64,000 nt of DNA from assembly GCF_902459465.1 (NCBI RefSeq), contig NC_047080.1:10788001-10852000 (forward strand), given 5' to 3'. The notes below the pieces were generated by a model. The model saw only the letters and a list, made by a program, of their open reading frames with translations. It made no database searches and was not told the origin of the DNA. Shown here one piece after another: positions 23,201 through 35,741 of the stretch; positions within the stretch are counted from its first letter, which is position 1, and each line of letters starts with the position of its first letter. The stretch comes from Asterias rubens (lineage: Eukaryota). Both the position numbers and the translations under genes were made by a program.

Positions 23201-26200
23201 GTTGCCCCGCCAGTCACCACTGTTGCCCTGCCAGTCACCTCTGTTGCCCCACTAGTCACCACTGTGGCCCCGCCAGTCACCACTGTTGCCCCGCCAGTCA
23301 CCACTGTGGCCCCACAAGTCACCACTGTTGCCCCCCCAGTCACCACTGTTGCACCACAAGTCACCACTGTGGCCGCACCAGTCACCACTGTTGCCCCGAA
23401 AGTCACCACTGTTGCCCCGAAAGTCACCACTGTTGCCCCGCAAGTCACCACTGCTGCACCAGTCACTACTAGTGCCCCGCAAGTCACCACTGTGGCAGCA
23501 CCAGTCACCACTGTTGCCCCGCCAGTCACCACTGTTGCCGCACCAGTCACCACTGTTGCCCTCCAAGTCACCACTGTTGCCCCCCAAGTCACCACTGTTG
23601 CCCCCCAAGTCACCACCATTGCCAGCACAGGTGCTCCCGATGAGACAACTGAAGTTTCACAAGAGACAACATCAGCAACTTCAGTAGCTGTATCTGACCG
23701 TTGGAGCTGCGAGAAAGGTAGGTTCACCCAATATCTCATTTCTAGACACGGGATTTTTCGCCATCACTACAAATGGTATAGACCGTATTGAACAACCCCC
23801 TTTTTGCTATGAAAGTCGCCATCTTGTAAGGCAAACCGTATGCGCGTCCAAATGCCTACATCAATTAAGCACACAGCATGCAACATTCCCAGTTTGATTT
23901 CTACGGCACATGCGCGCACACACATACGCACATGTGCACAGACGCCATGTTGTAGGTCAGATATTTGAACGGTGACGTTAAATTCAATACGGTCTATGAT
24001 TGTATCATGGTACATCCCGGGGGCCTTTTTCAAACCTCGGCTAAGGCTCCGTCGTTGGCCTTGGCTTTGCGTGCTTTGTATGCAGTCGAAACGCAGCAAG
24101 TATGAATCAGCCGTCCTATCCATTTTTAGAGCTGCATGTATATTGCACTCGGTGCTGGGTTCGAACGTCAGCAATATTGGCTCAAGAACTTCGCCTAGGT
24201 ATAGCATGTTATTTCTACAGCCACCCATTAAAGTTGCCGACATGTAGGAACTTGGGGGGGGGGGGTTAAAAGGCCCCATTTCAACCCCCTCCCACCCCTC
24301 CTTATACAAAAACAGGCTGAACATAACCTTTTTAAACCTTTCAGAACAGTTGAATAATTTTGAGGGATGGTATTTCAGTGTCTATTGTTTTTTATTCAAA
24401 GAATCAACCCAGGGTAATTTGACATTTTGTTTAAGCTATTTGGCTCGGTCTCTATAGGGAAATGTGGAATTTGTTGAGATGCATTTCATCATTTTTTTTA
24501 GGGGGGGGGGGTAGGGGTTGGGGGAGTTAACAGAACTTGTTTACAAAACTAGTATACAAGACTTGTTTCCTAGTTCACTGGCTCTATGGAGGGACTGAAA
24601 TCTCCAGTTGGATTCATTTACATGGAGTCTTGTATTTCTCTGCAGATCGAAAAGCTGCTCGCTTCGTCTTGAGTGAGTTGACTGAGACTCAAGGTCGGCT
24701 CATGATCGATGTCACAGCGCCCTCTGTTGTCTCATGTATGAACCTCTGTTTCGGTCACAGTGAATGTGCGGTGTTCGCTTTAAACAAAGTGACACTTCAG
24801 TGCTCCATTGAGGTAGACGATCTCGACTATCCAATATTTGAAGGTATTGATGCCAATTATGCAGTGTATAAAATGCTGTAAAATATGCGCGGTGTTCGCT
24901 TTAAACAAAGTGACACTTCAGTGCTCCATTGAGGTAGACGATCTCGACTATCCAATATTTGAAGGTAAAAAAAAAAACCAACAAATCAACGAATAGGGAG
25001 ACTGCCAATTTCGGGCTAGATAGCTCAGTTGTAAAAGCGCCAAAATATTGATTCAGAGGTTGTGTAGGTTGGTTCAAATGCCACTCTAGTAAATTTGTCT
25101 TTGTCAAACAATTTTATTCTAAGTATTTCTGTGATGGTGGTTGTTCCTCCATTTTCTTTAAAAAATAATTGAGAGAATTAAATAAAAGGGAGCCTCGGTT
25201 TCAATTGGCCTGAACCAATTGAAACTGAGGCTCCCTTTTCATTTCTGTAAATTTATAGTGCCTCTAGAAAGTAATGGTGCACCCCTTTGTTTAAAGCCAT
25301 TGGACCCTTTCGGTTCAGAAAAAAAAAAAAAGTTCACAGATTTACAAATAACTTACAGGGTTTACAGAAGGCAATGGTGAAAGACTTCTCTTGAAATATT
25401 ATTCCATGAAATGCTTTACTTTTTGAGAAAACAGCAAAACAATATAAATTCTCGTTACGGATTTATTTTAAACACATGTCATGACACGGCGAAACACGCG
25501 GAAACAAGGGTGGGTTTTTCCGTTGTTTTCTCTCGACTCCGATGACCGATTGAGCCTAAATTTTCACAGGTTTGTTATTTGGGCCTTGGACAACACTGTT
25601 TACCGAAAGGGTCCAATGGTTTTAACCCATAACAAATACTAATAATAGGAGTGGCCTCTTGTAGAGCTCTCAAGTCCGTCAGGCATGACGCTCATGGCGC
25701 TGTACAAAAACTTATTCTAAATAATATTTTTCTGTGACTTGTAGTGATTGCTTCACCCCTTTTCCATAAGCGTTTAGAGAAATGAAAAAGGAACTACATT
25801 CGAATTGGCCAGAAGTGCCCCCCCCCCCAGAAAAAAATGGCGCACCTTTTTGTGCCTTATTAAAATGTAACCCTAGTTAACTCATTATTTGCATAATCCT
25901 GTGGTTTTGTTATAATTTGTAGCCTAGTTATATTGTTCAAATGTAAATAGGCAGATGCTGAGGATCTTTGCTGAGGAAAGTGTGCTGGTAACCACTCCCC
26001 TTCTTGTGATTTTATCAACTCTTTTTTAAATTCCTATATTTTATTGGTATGTATTATATTGCTTATCTGCTTATTGTAAGATTTTATAATAATAATAACA
26101 ATTCTTATATAGCACATTTAACTGTATCAATGCACTTTACACTAGTGACCTGGGGTCGATTTCACAAAGAGTAAGGACTCGTCTTATCTCGAGTTAGGAC

Positions 26201-29200
26201 GAGTCGTAACTTAGCTTAATCTTAAGGTCTGCATGCTACAGTGTAGGGTTGGGACTCGTCCTAAGTCCTAAGATTAGTCTTAAGTAAGGAAGAGTTTTGT
26301 GAAATCGACCAATAGTGTCCACTGCCAGCACAATTTTAAACATCACCTAAATTCACCTGTTTCTCATTACACAGGTTCCAAGATATCTCTGATGACAGAC
26401 AATGTAAATTTAGTTTTGACTTGAATCATTTTTGCAACCATTATGTGCCTTTAATAAATCCTGAAAGATTAAATCTTAAAAATAAAACTTGTATGCAATT
26501 CTATTGGAGTACTTTTTGAACCGGAAATTGAAAGACTTTTTAGGTTTATCAAAAAGTTTCCTACCTTCTTCAGTCGTCCAAACTTCGATTAAGTCAACCT
26601 TTATGAAAAAATATATAAAAAGCAGTTATTATGAGATTTTACAGGTAGCATTGACTTTTGAGACTTTAGGGTTCATGACTGAATGAACGTAAATTCATGT
26701 TTATTTATTTAACCATCCGGCCAACTAGCCATAACTAGCCAAACAGTCAGCAGGCCACACGACCGATAATCTAATAAAAGCTGGCCAAAAGTCTTGAAAA
26801 ACCTAAACCTTGCTTGCAATCAGATTAGGTACCAGAAGGCACAGGACGACGTGCAACAAGTCAAAAATGAGCACCAAGGCCTGCAAAACCCAGCTAAAGC
26901 CAGATATCCGAGGTCTGTGTTACTCAGTCGGCAGATAAAGTCAGAGCCACTAAACTATAGCAGCATTTCTGACTGATTTGGAAGGAAGCCAATGTTAAGT
27001 TGACAATCAACCAATCAGCCATCCTGAAGTTCTGACGTCACACTCAGAGGCTTGTGTATTGGTCAGAAACAACCAAGAGAGCAGCGGCCAGCCAACCAGA
27101 GGCTCTAGGTCAGAAACTGTTCCGAATCAACCGACCAATCACTACTCGTCAAACAACCAGGCGACATCGGCCAGCCAATCAGAGTCCGCAGCACAATGAT
27201 AAAAATAATTTAGTCCATTCATACCTGTGTGTCCAGTCTTGCTGCTGAGTTCCTTTCGGCGTTCTTGCAGCCCAAGTCCTCTCCGATGTTACCGCCTACC
27301 TCGGGAATCCCTGTACCGTCTGCCGCTTCGTCAGTCAGGCATCCTGTTGACGATGACACGCTGATGTCCGACGACTGTAATGGTTCTTTCGTACGCTGGA
27401 CATCTTGGGACAGCTCTGTATTGAACATTGAAATATGAGTTGAGTATCACTCAAGTTCTGTCCATAGTTCGAATTCTTTTAGAGACATACATTTTATAAC
27501 ATCCACCCTTTTTGATATGCCACCTTGCTCCCTCCCACATCGCTCCCAGATGCAGCGTATCGACCATTTTATTGCAACGCCACAGCCCAAGTTGCTGCCA
27601 ACCAAGGTTGGAAAGCTATAGCCACAGTTTGTGTACAATACACATGTAAAGAAAAGTGCTGAGTTTGGGGAAACCAAGCACCCATTTATGGGATATATTT
27701 GTGTTTAATAGAAAGTTTTCAGAAGTATTGAAATTGGTCACAACACTTTGTAGTATTTGAAAACTGGCAAGTAAAGAGACATTCCTCAAATGATCAATGA
27801 TTTTTCGTTCGGTGTTTAAAAACAGGTGTAGCCCTTTGGGCTTTAAGAAAATTACGAAAATACCCAAACACCTTGGGTCCGAAATTTGTAAACTAATTGG
27901 CTCCTTTCACTCTGTAAAGAGACAAATATTTGTAAGTTGTTTTTCTTCCCCGACATAGATGACCTTTTGAAAATATTTGTACTTTCCCTGTGGGTGGGTT
28001 ATCAGTCTAACAATCTCTCGCTATTTAGTGTTACCGAATTGTGGGTAAGGATTAACATTTTTTAGGTGAATGTTGCTTGGGGATAAGTTGTTAATAGTTT
28101 GGAGCGGACAATAGAAAATTAGCCGTTGGAATGTTACGGAGCCTTGGATGTGCCGTCGACTTGTTAGGTTATTGGGAGTTCACATTCTTGAATTACACGG
28201 AGGCCTTGGAGGCAATTGCATCTGTTGCCCTGGTCTTGGTCTGGTGCCCCTTCGAAAGTTTCCCATAGACTATAAGGTTTTTTTTCCAATAGAAGTGCAC
28301 TTTGTTTGCAAATTGAGAATGGCCCTGGCCCTGTCAAATCAAAGATGGAGTTCCAGACCAGCCTGTAAATTTCTCCCTCAAATTCAAACCGCAGGAAAAT
28401 CACACAGCACCAGCAGTACGGCTTTGCAGTCATATGATTTTAGTCAAATCATAACACAACACTTCCACAGTATTGATCTCTTTCAAATGTCTTGGAGTTT
28501 TTTTTTTTTTTTTAAACAACTGTTTTACGAACAATACTGTATACTGTTTCGACAAACACCAATTTTTCGATGTTTTTATTTATTTTTGTAAGAAAAAAAA
28601 ACCATTTGTTGACAAAAAAAGATTCGGGCGCGACGCAAATGACGGTCGGATTGCTACCTCCATGGTCGGATAAAGGCAAACAATTTTGCCTTCAGCCTCG
28701 TCCCCAAGGTGTGTTGAGCAGTACGAGGTTGGAAATAGGGTTGGAAATAAAGTTATTACGTCATATCGCGTGCCCCATGTGCTAGTGTATGCCCTATACC
28801 TAAAGTTGTTAAAGGCAGTGGACACTATTGGTAATTACTCAAAATAATTATTAGCACAAAACCTTACTTGGTAACAAGTAATGGGGAGAGGTTGATGGTA
28901 TAAAACATTGTGAGAAACGGCTCCCTCTGAAGCGACGTAGTTTTCGAGAAAGAAGTTTTCCACGAATTTGATTTCGAGACCTCAAGTTTAGAATTTGAGG
29001 TCTCGAAATCAAGCATATGAAAGCACACAACTTCGTGTGACGAAGCTGCTTTTTTCTTTCATTTGTATCTCGCAACTTCGACGACCGATTGAAGTCAAAT
29101 TTTCACAGGTTTGTTATTTTATGCATATGTTGAGATACACCAAGCAAGAAGACTGGTCTTTGACAATTACCAATAGTGTCCACTGTCTTTAACGTGACTG

Positions 29201-31722
29201 TCTACTGTCATTAAAACGAGTATCAGATGTCACATTCAGTGCCCCGAATAGTTTGTGGGTATTTCAACTATTGTCTCGCTCCCTCTATTCATAGTAAAAA
29301 AACGTTCACTTTGTTGTGGTTTTCCTCCCCAAAAAAATGTCACTGCACTTAAAAGATTTATAAAGGATTGCTCAACGCCCGAAAACATAGTGATTGAAGT
29401 TGCATTTTGTGTCACTAAATCATTCACCAACCCCGCAGGCAATGGCTCAATCGTGTCTTTAAATTGAGAGATTACGACTGGAATTTCGATTTGGAAGTAA
29501 ACAATTAAACAACGGAAAACGCGTGGTTTTCGAATGACACGTCCCTTAATATTTTATATAGCCTAAATAACAAAATACTTCGGCAAATTTTGAATTGCTC
29601 ATACAAAGCTACCTGTTAGGAGATGGCTTGTTTTAAAAAGACATCTAGTGAAAAGTGTTCTTTCTTAAAACAAATTCACGCACGGGACTAAAACGGTCTT
29701 TTGAATTGGGGAAAATAATGGCGGGGAGCCTTGTGTGTTCGACAGTTTTATAGATTGTTTGATCTTAATTAAATTCACACGAACTTACCGTGATTTAGTT
29801 GTTTCTCGGACTGAATGATATTCGTCTGTAAAATGTTAGAGAGAGAGAAACAAATGTTATTTTGGCTGGTGACTGAGGAAGTGCTAAAGTTGATGTTCAT
29901 CTCTAATGTTAAAGGTTCCTTCATTTGTGTGTGTTCTTTGCATGTCCTCACAATATTTATATAAAAAAACATAGTGGATAAATTAGAAACAAAAACACTT
30001 TTCCCGCCGACAGTCTCGAGCGACCCGACCGACCATGGCGTCTCAAAACCCGTTCACCCTTTTCAGATAATCACAAGACACTGGAATTACTCCGGAAGGA
30101 CAAACAATCAACAATAGTGGAAACAATGAACATACAGTTTTCAAAAAGACAATAATTTGCTCAGTCGTATGCACGGGGTTCGTTGGCCGTAGTCGCCATT
30201 GTCTAAAGCAGGAAATGTCCCCGTTATCAAAGCGTCCATGTTGTTGTTGCCGTTTTTGCGTCGCCTTTCTTTCTGCCATTTCTTTCTTGTGTTAGGAGGG
30301 GGCATTTTTTCTGAACTTCGATAAATGCCACTGTCGTAGTGCTTTTCAATAGGGACATTTTGTTTTCTAAACCGATAAAAGAAGGGAATCCTTAAAAAGG
30401 GAATCCTTAAAAAAGTCTGGAACATCTTTGAGGATGGCAAATCTAAAGTGCAGACCAAAAACTTGCCGGGGGAGCAGGAGTAGGCCCTCTACCCAAATTG
30501 AAAGTTCCTCGAATTAGTTTGGCTGGAATGTTACGGGGTTCTGCAATTTGAGATTGGGATCGTTGCAATGTATAGGAGCGGCCGTTTGACAAGTATAACT
30601 GATGCGTAAAACTAGAACGATGTGTCATTCTGCCCTGTCTTGCACAGTCTTGGCCCAAGCGGACAGTGGTTGATAGGGATAGTGTAGTACGCTCAATTGT
30701 ACATCGCTAAAGCGCGCCCTCTTACACTATCAATCACTGTCGTCTTGGGCCAAGACTACATCTTGCATGCACAACCCGTGAAATCAAACAAAAACACCCT
30801 TTCTTTTGTACGACCGAATTCCTCGATTCAGAAGCCTGACGAAACGGCCAAGTTGAAGGAAATATAGTGTGATAAATGAGGTGTATTTAACCCTTTGGGG
30901 AATGTTGTATTTGTACTGACGGGTGTAAAAGAAAACACAGAAATTGAGCTACGGTCACTGAGTGACATGGTGTTACTTTGTAAGTTTGACATTCGGGTTA
31001 CAGTGTAAACATTTTGGTAATATTTAGGGTACGAGAGCAAGGCTTGTTTTAATAATATAAAATAATATTTATTTATGGTTCAGAATACAGACGTTATATA
31101 AGATACTTTGGGGTTGAATAATTTGTCTTTGTTCGACCCAAAATCGTTGAACAATTTACGCAGTCAATTTCCCTTGTGATTTATTACTTGATAAAATTTA
31201 AGAATATTAAACTCAACTGTGTTTGTATTGTTTTTGTTTTTTTCCTCAAAAATAAACAACCACTATAATTTTCGGCAATTCGTAACTCATGATTTCACTC
31301 ATATTGGATGGCACTTCAAGAGCGCCTTAGCTTTTTAAATCGTGGGAAATGTTAATGATTTTCCAGATGTTGTTAAACCCTTTCGGTTAGATATATTTTA
31401 AAGAGGAATGCCACACGATTGTAGGTTTGAGCTTTGTGGGTTTACCTGCAAACACAAATTTGTCTTATTTCAATCTCGCCGTGAAATAAACCCACTGATA
31501 TTAATTGAGTGGAATTGTTCAACCGAATCCTAATATTTATCTTGATGTTGATTGAAATAACTTGTTATTGCTCACCGTTCCATCCACAACTTCCTGGGCA
31601 GCAACAAAAGATAAAATGACGAGAAGAGCCACTACGGCGAGATGTGTCTTTGTGCCGACAGGCCCGGGGCGGGCCCACGTAGCAGCCCGGCGACACCTCC
31701 ATGTCAAAGGGCCAAAAGTCAT
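8211..31722 (-). CDS. Secreted poly-EGF protein (signal peptide, short unique N-terminal region, 38 mostly calcium-binding-type EGF repeats; Notch/fibropellin-like), about 1600 aa
   Basis: Phase-consistent exons 31722-31576 (MTFG...LAVVALLVILSFVAA/QEVVDGT), 29825-29789 and 27415-27225; then an unresolved phase 0-to-1 exon; then 16179-16133, 13266-11262, 10940-8598 and 8263-8211 (GYGGRHCEVHLDEQPHR*). All junctions are GT-AG. The EGF exons are certain; linkage to the 5' exons is inferred. Confidence 0.78.
13715..14445 (+). mobile_element. tRNA-derived SINE head interrupted by a Harbinger-like MITE and a Kolobok-like MITE
   Basis: gtcgtggctaagctgttaagagcacc...gtcctg [MITE 13791-14037, CTG TSD] gtcatgacatgtgccc [MITE 14064-14420] ttaagcaagatact. 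Removing both inserts restores the SINE seen at 17036-17448. Confidence 0.75.
15157..15327. mobile_element. Almost perfectly palindromic Harbinger-like MITE with CAG TSD
   Basis: cag|GGGTGGATTTCACAA...TTGTGAAATCCACCT|cag; the whole element folds back. A related copy lies near 26152-26310. Confidence 0.8.
17036..17448 (-). mobile_element. Full-length tRNA-derived SINE with Deu-like central domain and (TTA)n tail
   Basis: Minus strand reads gtgtcgtggccgagcggttaag (A box)...gggttcgaatccc (B box)...ttcggatgggacgtaaagccgttggtccc...gcacttatcgaaaagagaaggcgttcgccccggtgttcctgg, which resembles the DeuSINE domain. The tail is a tta repeat. Confidence 0.75.
18316..18430 (-). mobile_element. Second tRNA-derived SINE family (fragment)
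   Basis: gtgggttcgaatcccacc B-box-like motif. Related copies lie near 58718-58830 and 63736-63900. Confidence 0.6.
19134..19475. mobile_element. TTAA-flanked non-autonomous DNA transposon, family B (Kolobok-like; TIR AGGCAGTGGACACTATTGGTAA)
   Basis: ttaa|AGGCAGTGGACACTATTGG...CCAATAGTGTCCAGTGTCT|ttaa. Full copies at 28813-29188, 34108-34486 and 56116-56484; partial copies near 6365-6712, 15420-15637, 15720-16051, 16490-16623 and 19800-20098. Confidence 0.82.
22162..24881 (+). CDS. Secreted mucin-like protein (VTTVAPP repeats) with C-terminal PAN/apple-like domain, 323 aa, nested antisense in the poly-EGF gene
   Basis: Exons 22162-22200, 22741-22777, 23058-23717 and 24646-24881 total 972 nt in frame. 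Signal peptide MAGMKRILSGLFVMLILLSLISKGYG/EV. C-terminus VTAPSVVSCMNLCFGHSECAVFALNKVTLQCSI has PAN-type Cys spacing. A probable non-coding first exon ends at 20339 (ag|gtgagt). Confidence 0.85.
23115..23620 (+). repeat. Coding 21-bp minisatellite (ccagtcaccactgttgccccg), a little over 20 units
   Basis: Directly visible; encodes (P/Q/K)VTTVAP heptapeptides. Confidence 0.95.
23778..23997. mobile_element. MITE with ATAGACC...GGTCTAT ends (ISL2EU-like)
   Basis: atagaccgtattgaa...ttcaatacggtctat inverted ends with an internal gccatcttg. A similar element lies at 51114-51292 (gaccttatgca...tgcataaggtc). The superfamily assignment is tentative. Confidence 0.6.
25012..25110 (+). mobile_element. Degenerate tRNA-like SINE head
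   Basis: gctagatagctcagttgtaaaagcgcc...ggttcaaatgcc contains A- and B-box-like motifs; no intact cloverleaf. Confidence 0.5.
26990..27190. promoter_or_regulatory. Intronic cluster of CCAAT boxes and a CRE (TGACGTCA)
   Basis: ccaatc occurs three times, attgg once, and tgacgtca near 27034. This is motif evidence only. Confidence 0.3.
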
Positions 31723-31920
31723 CTCGTTCGTAGTCGTAGTTCGTCCTTGAATGGTGGCCTGTAGACTTGTGATAATGTTGGCTGTGAATGAAACAGACAA
31801 GCTTGCAATTATTTTATAGCTTACACTACTGTGAATCAGGAAAGCTATACAGAGCTAGGGGCCTCATGCACAAAACATTTATAATTTTCTCTTTTTTAAA
31901 CGTTGATGCCTGAATAAAAA

Positions 31921-32040
31921 ACCATCGAGAAAGACTCTGCGAGGGTCGAAACGTCAGGCCGTTAACAATTTTTGTTTGCATCTAAAACATAGTTTCTTTA
32001 AGGTTGATAAGCAGTTTGCAACAGCTAATTTCATTGTCTA
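31921..32040. repeat. Dispersed repeat with gtcgaaacgtcagg motif (Penelope-like terminus / minimal hammerhead-like)
   Basis: gac-tctgcgagg-gtc-gaaac-gtc-agg. A second copy with a related flank (tttgcaacagctaatt) lies at 39497-39630. Confidence 0.4.
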
Positions 32041-35000
32041 ACCTGTTCCTGCGCAGACCAGTAAACGCGTGGACATCACACAGTCCCATGAACATCATTT
32101 CTACAAAAGAGGCTTGTTTTTCTTTTAAAATAATTATGTCCTGTCATAAAATGTGTATGCCATTCATGTTAGATGTAATGGCGTGTGTGCTTGTTTAAAG
32201 CCACCGGACATTTTTTGATTGACAGGAAAGGGACGGTGACAAGTTAAAGCGAATTGTTGTAATCAATCAATTAAGGCCTAATGCAATCAAATTAAAATTG
32301 ATGTTTCATTCGTTTCTAATAAAAGTTACTCATAGTGACTAGAAAGCCGTTATAAGATCAGTTACCCGTCATCGCTCTTTATCGTTAAATCCTTGCAAAA
32401 AAAATCCGTCTCCAATAAATCCTTCTAAAAAGAAAACTTGTACATCATGAGTTTTGTACTGACACCATCATTTTAATAGGTCGCTTGTTAATTCCTTTAA
32501 AAAAACTGCTGTTTAACCCCTCTGTTGTGTCCGTTTTCCTTCAATTTTAACTAATATTGCTATTTTTGATGACACGTTGGACTGTCTTCCAACGCGCCAC
32601 CATAGTCGTTCACGCTCTTGTACTCTTTCATAAATATTTAGCGGAAAGTTCGAAGGTGACGTGACCCTCACTTGAGAAAAAAAGGTTGCCAACAAAAAAT
32701 TAGTGCGAGAAATTTTACAAGGAGAAGCTTTGCTATGTATGGAATGTTGTTTTTAAATCCTGCTAGTTTTTTGAAAGTTCTGGAAAGTTCTGCAAGAAAA
32801 CAGCTCAGCCCGAAATATGAGTGTGTTTTTTTTTATTTTAAGAGTGTGGCTTTTTCTTATAATAACCAGACCTGTTAATACACGCACACCTAGCCTAATA
32901 AACTAATTGTCTACCCGGTGGGTGTAACTTTCGGGTTAAATTTACCATGTAACTGGACCTGTATATACCCATTCTGATCTGGTATAATGTTTTTTGAACC
33001 ACTTTCACATGAGATTTTTAAAGAAATCCTCGGGTCAACAATACAGTCCAAAGGGGGTTTATTATTGCGTAAAAAAAGAGTCACAGCGACCGATTATGTT
33101 AACCCACGTATAAATTGTCACCAGGTTCTTTTGAGTCTGGATTAAGGCCACCCACAAAAAGAAACCTTTTTCAATTTCTATAATTGTGCCTTTTATAACT
33201 GGAGTAAGATTGACCAATTTCACAACTGAGTAGTTATTGTACTTTTGGGGTGTTTTTGATTGTTAACCCTCTAGTCCCTGCACCGCCTGAGTTTGCCGAA
33301 ATAATTTTGTTTTTCTTTTCAAGATTCTTGCAGTAACTTTACTGAAATCGTAGTTCAAATTTTTTAAAGATAGCCAAGGCTTATTATTTATAATTAAACG
33401 CACAATTTTTGACCCTTTCGGTAATATTTGTACAAGTCCTCATTGGGGAACAATAAACCTACCGAAATATTTATGGCGATTATTTTTGTATAATGATAAA
33501 ATGGATACAATAGTTTGTCAAGGCTTTTATCTGGCTCAATGCTGATTATTTGCGAAGGCATAAGTTTTCGACAATATCACCATGAATGATAAATACAGTT
33601 TCCTTTGTGTTTACTAATAAGCGTTTTGTTGGGTAAGTGCTAAATTATTTCATCATCATTAGCTTCGTCAAGTCAACTGTGAAGAGAAAAATTAATTATA
33701 ATGATCTATAAACAACTAGATGGATTCACCAATGCGTAGGCATACTATTGACTACCTAGTTTTATTTTGATGTTTCTTATTTTCTACAAACAAAAGCTAT
33801 AGCGAGGTTTCCTCCTACCGCATAATACAGTGTATCGCTTTAGGTGGCTGGGCGGTCCAGTGGCTAAATGGTTAAACCCATTATGTTCTGCCAACACATC
33901 ATGCCGACAACCGTATTTTCCTAGCCCTAAATAACCCTCATTCTAATAACCCCAACGAATAAATCGTATGGGATTTTTGGAATGTAGTCTATACACTGCC
34001 TATGTTGATCAGGAACAAAAATGACATTAATTGTTGAACACTTTCTTCCAAGGTGTAACCCGAAATGTTTTTTTGGGATATAGGGGCCTAACAGTATTAT
34101 ATTTTAAAGGCAGTGGACACTATTGGTAATTACTCAAAATAATTATTATCATAAAACCTTACTTGGTAACGAGTAATGGGGAGAGGTTGGTAGTATAAAC
34201 ATTGTGAGAAACGGCTGCCTCTGGAGTATAACATAGTTCTCGAAAAAGAAGTTATTTTCCACGAATTTGATTTCAAGAACTCAGATTTAGAATTTGAGGT
34301 CTCGAAATCAAGCATCTGAAAGCACACAACTTCGGGTGACAAGGTTTTTGGTTTTTTTTCATTATTATCTCGCAACTTCGACGACCGATTGAGCTCAAAT
34401 TTTCACATGTTTGTCATTTTGTGCATATGTTGAGATACACCAAGTGAGAAGACTGGTCTTTGAGAATTACCGATAGCGTCCGTGTTTTAACAGTCATTTG
34501 ACCCGTTTCGAAACTACGCTTTGAGATTGGTCTCCAGCTTGGGATCCGTCCGCCTGTAATGCAACTCCGTAAATGAAAAGTTAAGTGCATGTTTTCTAAA
34601 TCAGAGCCTAAGCTCTTAACTCGTGATTTTGAAAATACCATATCACCCCTTTCACAAAACTATTATTCCCATTTATGGAAACGGAATTATGTGAAATCGG
34701 GGGGGGGGGGGGAACGCGCAATAATGCGGACACATTTTGTATGCGATTTTCCGCTAAATCAATCTTGAAAACAAAACAAACTTTTGATTGTCACTTTACT
34801 GACCACATGGCCAAGATCCAAATATTTTCATGAATATCAGTTAAGAAAATAAACATTAGAATTCCTCCCACCTTCATTGTCTATTCATCGAACAAAAAAA
34901 CTACTTCACAAGCATAGACAAAAACACAGAAGTTCGCAGTGATTTATGTTTAGACAAAAGCAATACAGACTTTGGAATCTGTCACCAGCGAAAGCCGTTA

Positions 35001-35741
35001 TTATTTGATACTCTTATTTATTTTCACGGCGGGTGCAATATTCTTGACTTTGTTATGCGATAGAAGGGTAAATAAAACAGTACGTGATGATCCATTTATA
35101 ATGGGTTGACTATCTGGACGAATGATATTGCAAAAGAAGAAATATTTATGGGGGTGACTGAGTTCATAATAGATTGAATTTCCGTTTCTTTCTTTGCACC
35201 TTTTTTCTTAGTCATAAATTAACATAGAAAATATTCGGCACGGGGACAAGGGTTGTTAAAGGCAGAGTTAACTTTTGAGTATAGCTGTTAAATTATAGGC
35301 AAGTAATTCTCACTTTTTGTTTCCAATTATTTACTTTTGAAAATGGGAAAATTTTGACTCAATTGGTTTTCAGAGTTGCAAGAATATGATAAAAGAAAGA
35401 ACAACCAATTGAATGTTGCAAATAATTTGTGCTTTCAAAGTTGCAAAGAAAGGCTTCACACATGAAGCCTTTTTTCAAGTGTCGCTGTGTTTATATATTA
35501 TACCAGCAGCTCTACGGTGCTCTTTACCGAAAAGTCTTTAAGGGATCATGAATATTTTGACTAAAATTTCAAAGTATATTTGGTTTGCGGTAACACCATG
35601 TGTGTATCTACTTGCCAGGTAGAGTTGTTCTTAGGGAACTGTCTTGCTTTATTCTACTGCCGTGGAGTAGATAATCGGAGGTTCGGGAGACTTCTCAGTT
35701 CTGAAAAGAACTGTCCTGTTTTTTAACTATTACCAGGGCGG

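Noticed and set aside
30043-30658. Short ORFs in a GC-richer intronic patch
   Set aside because: No recognisable domain or phase-compatible splice sites; the flanking exons already join in frame without them.
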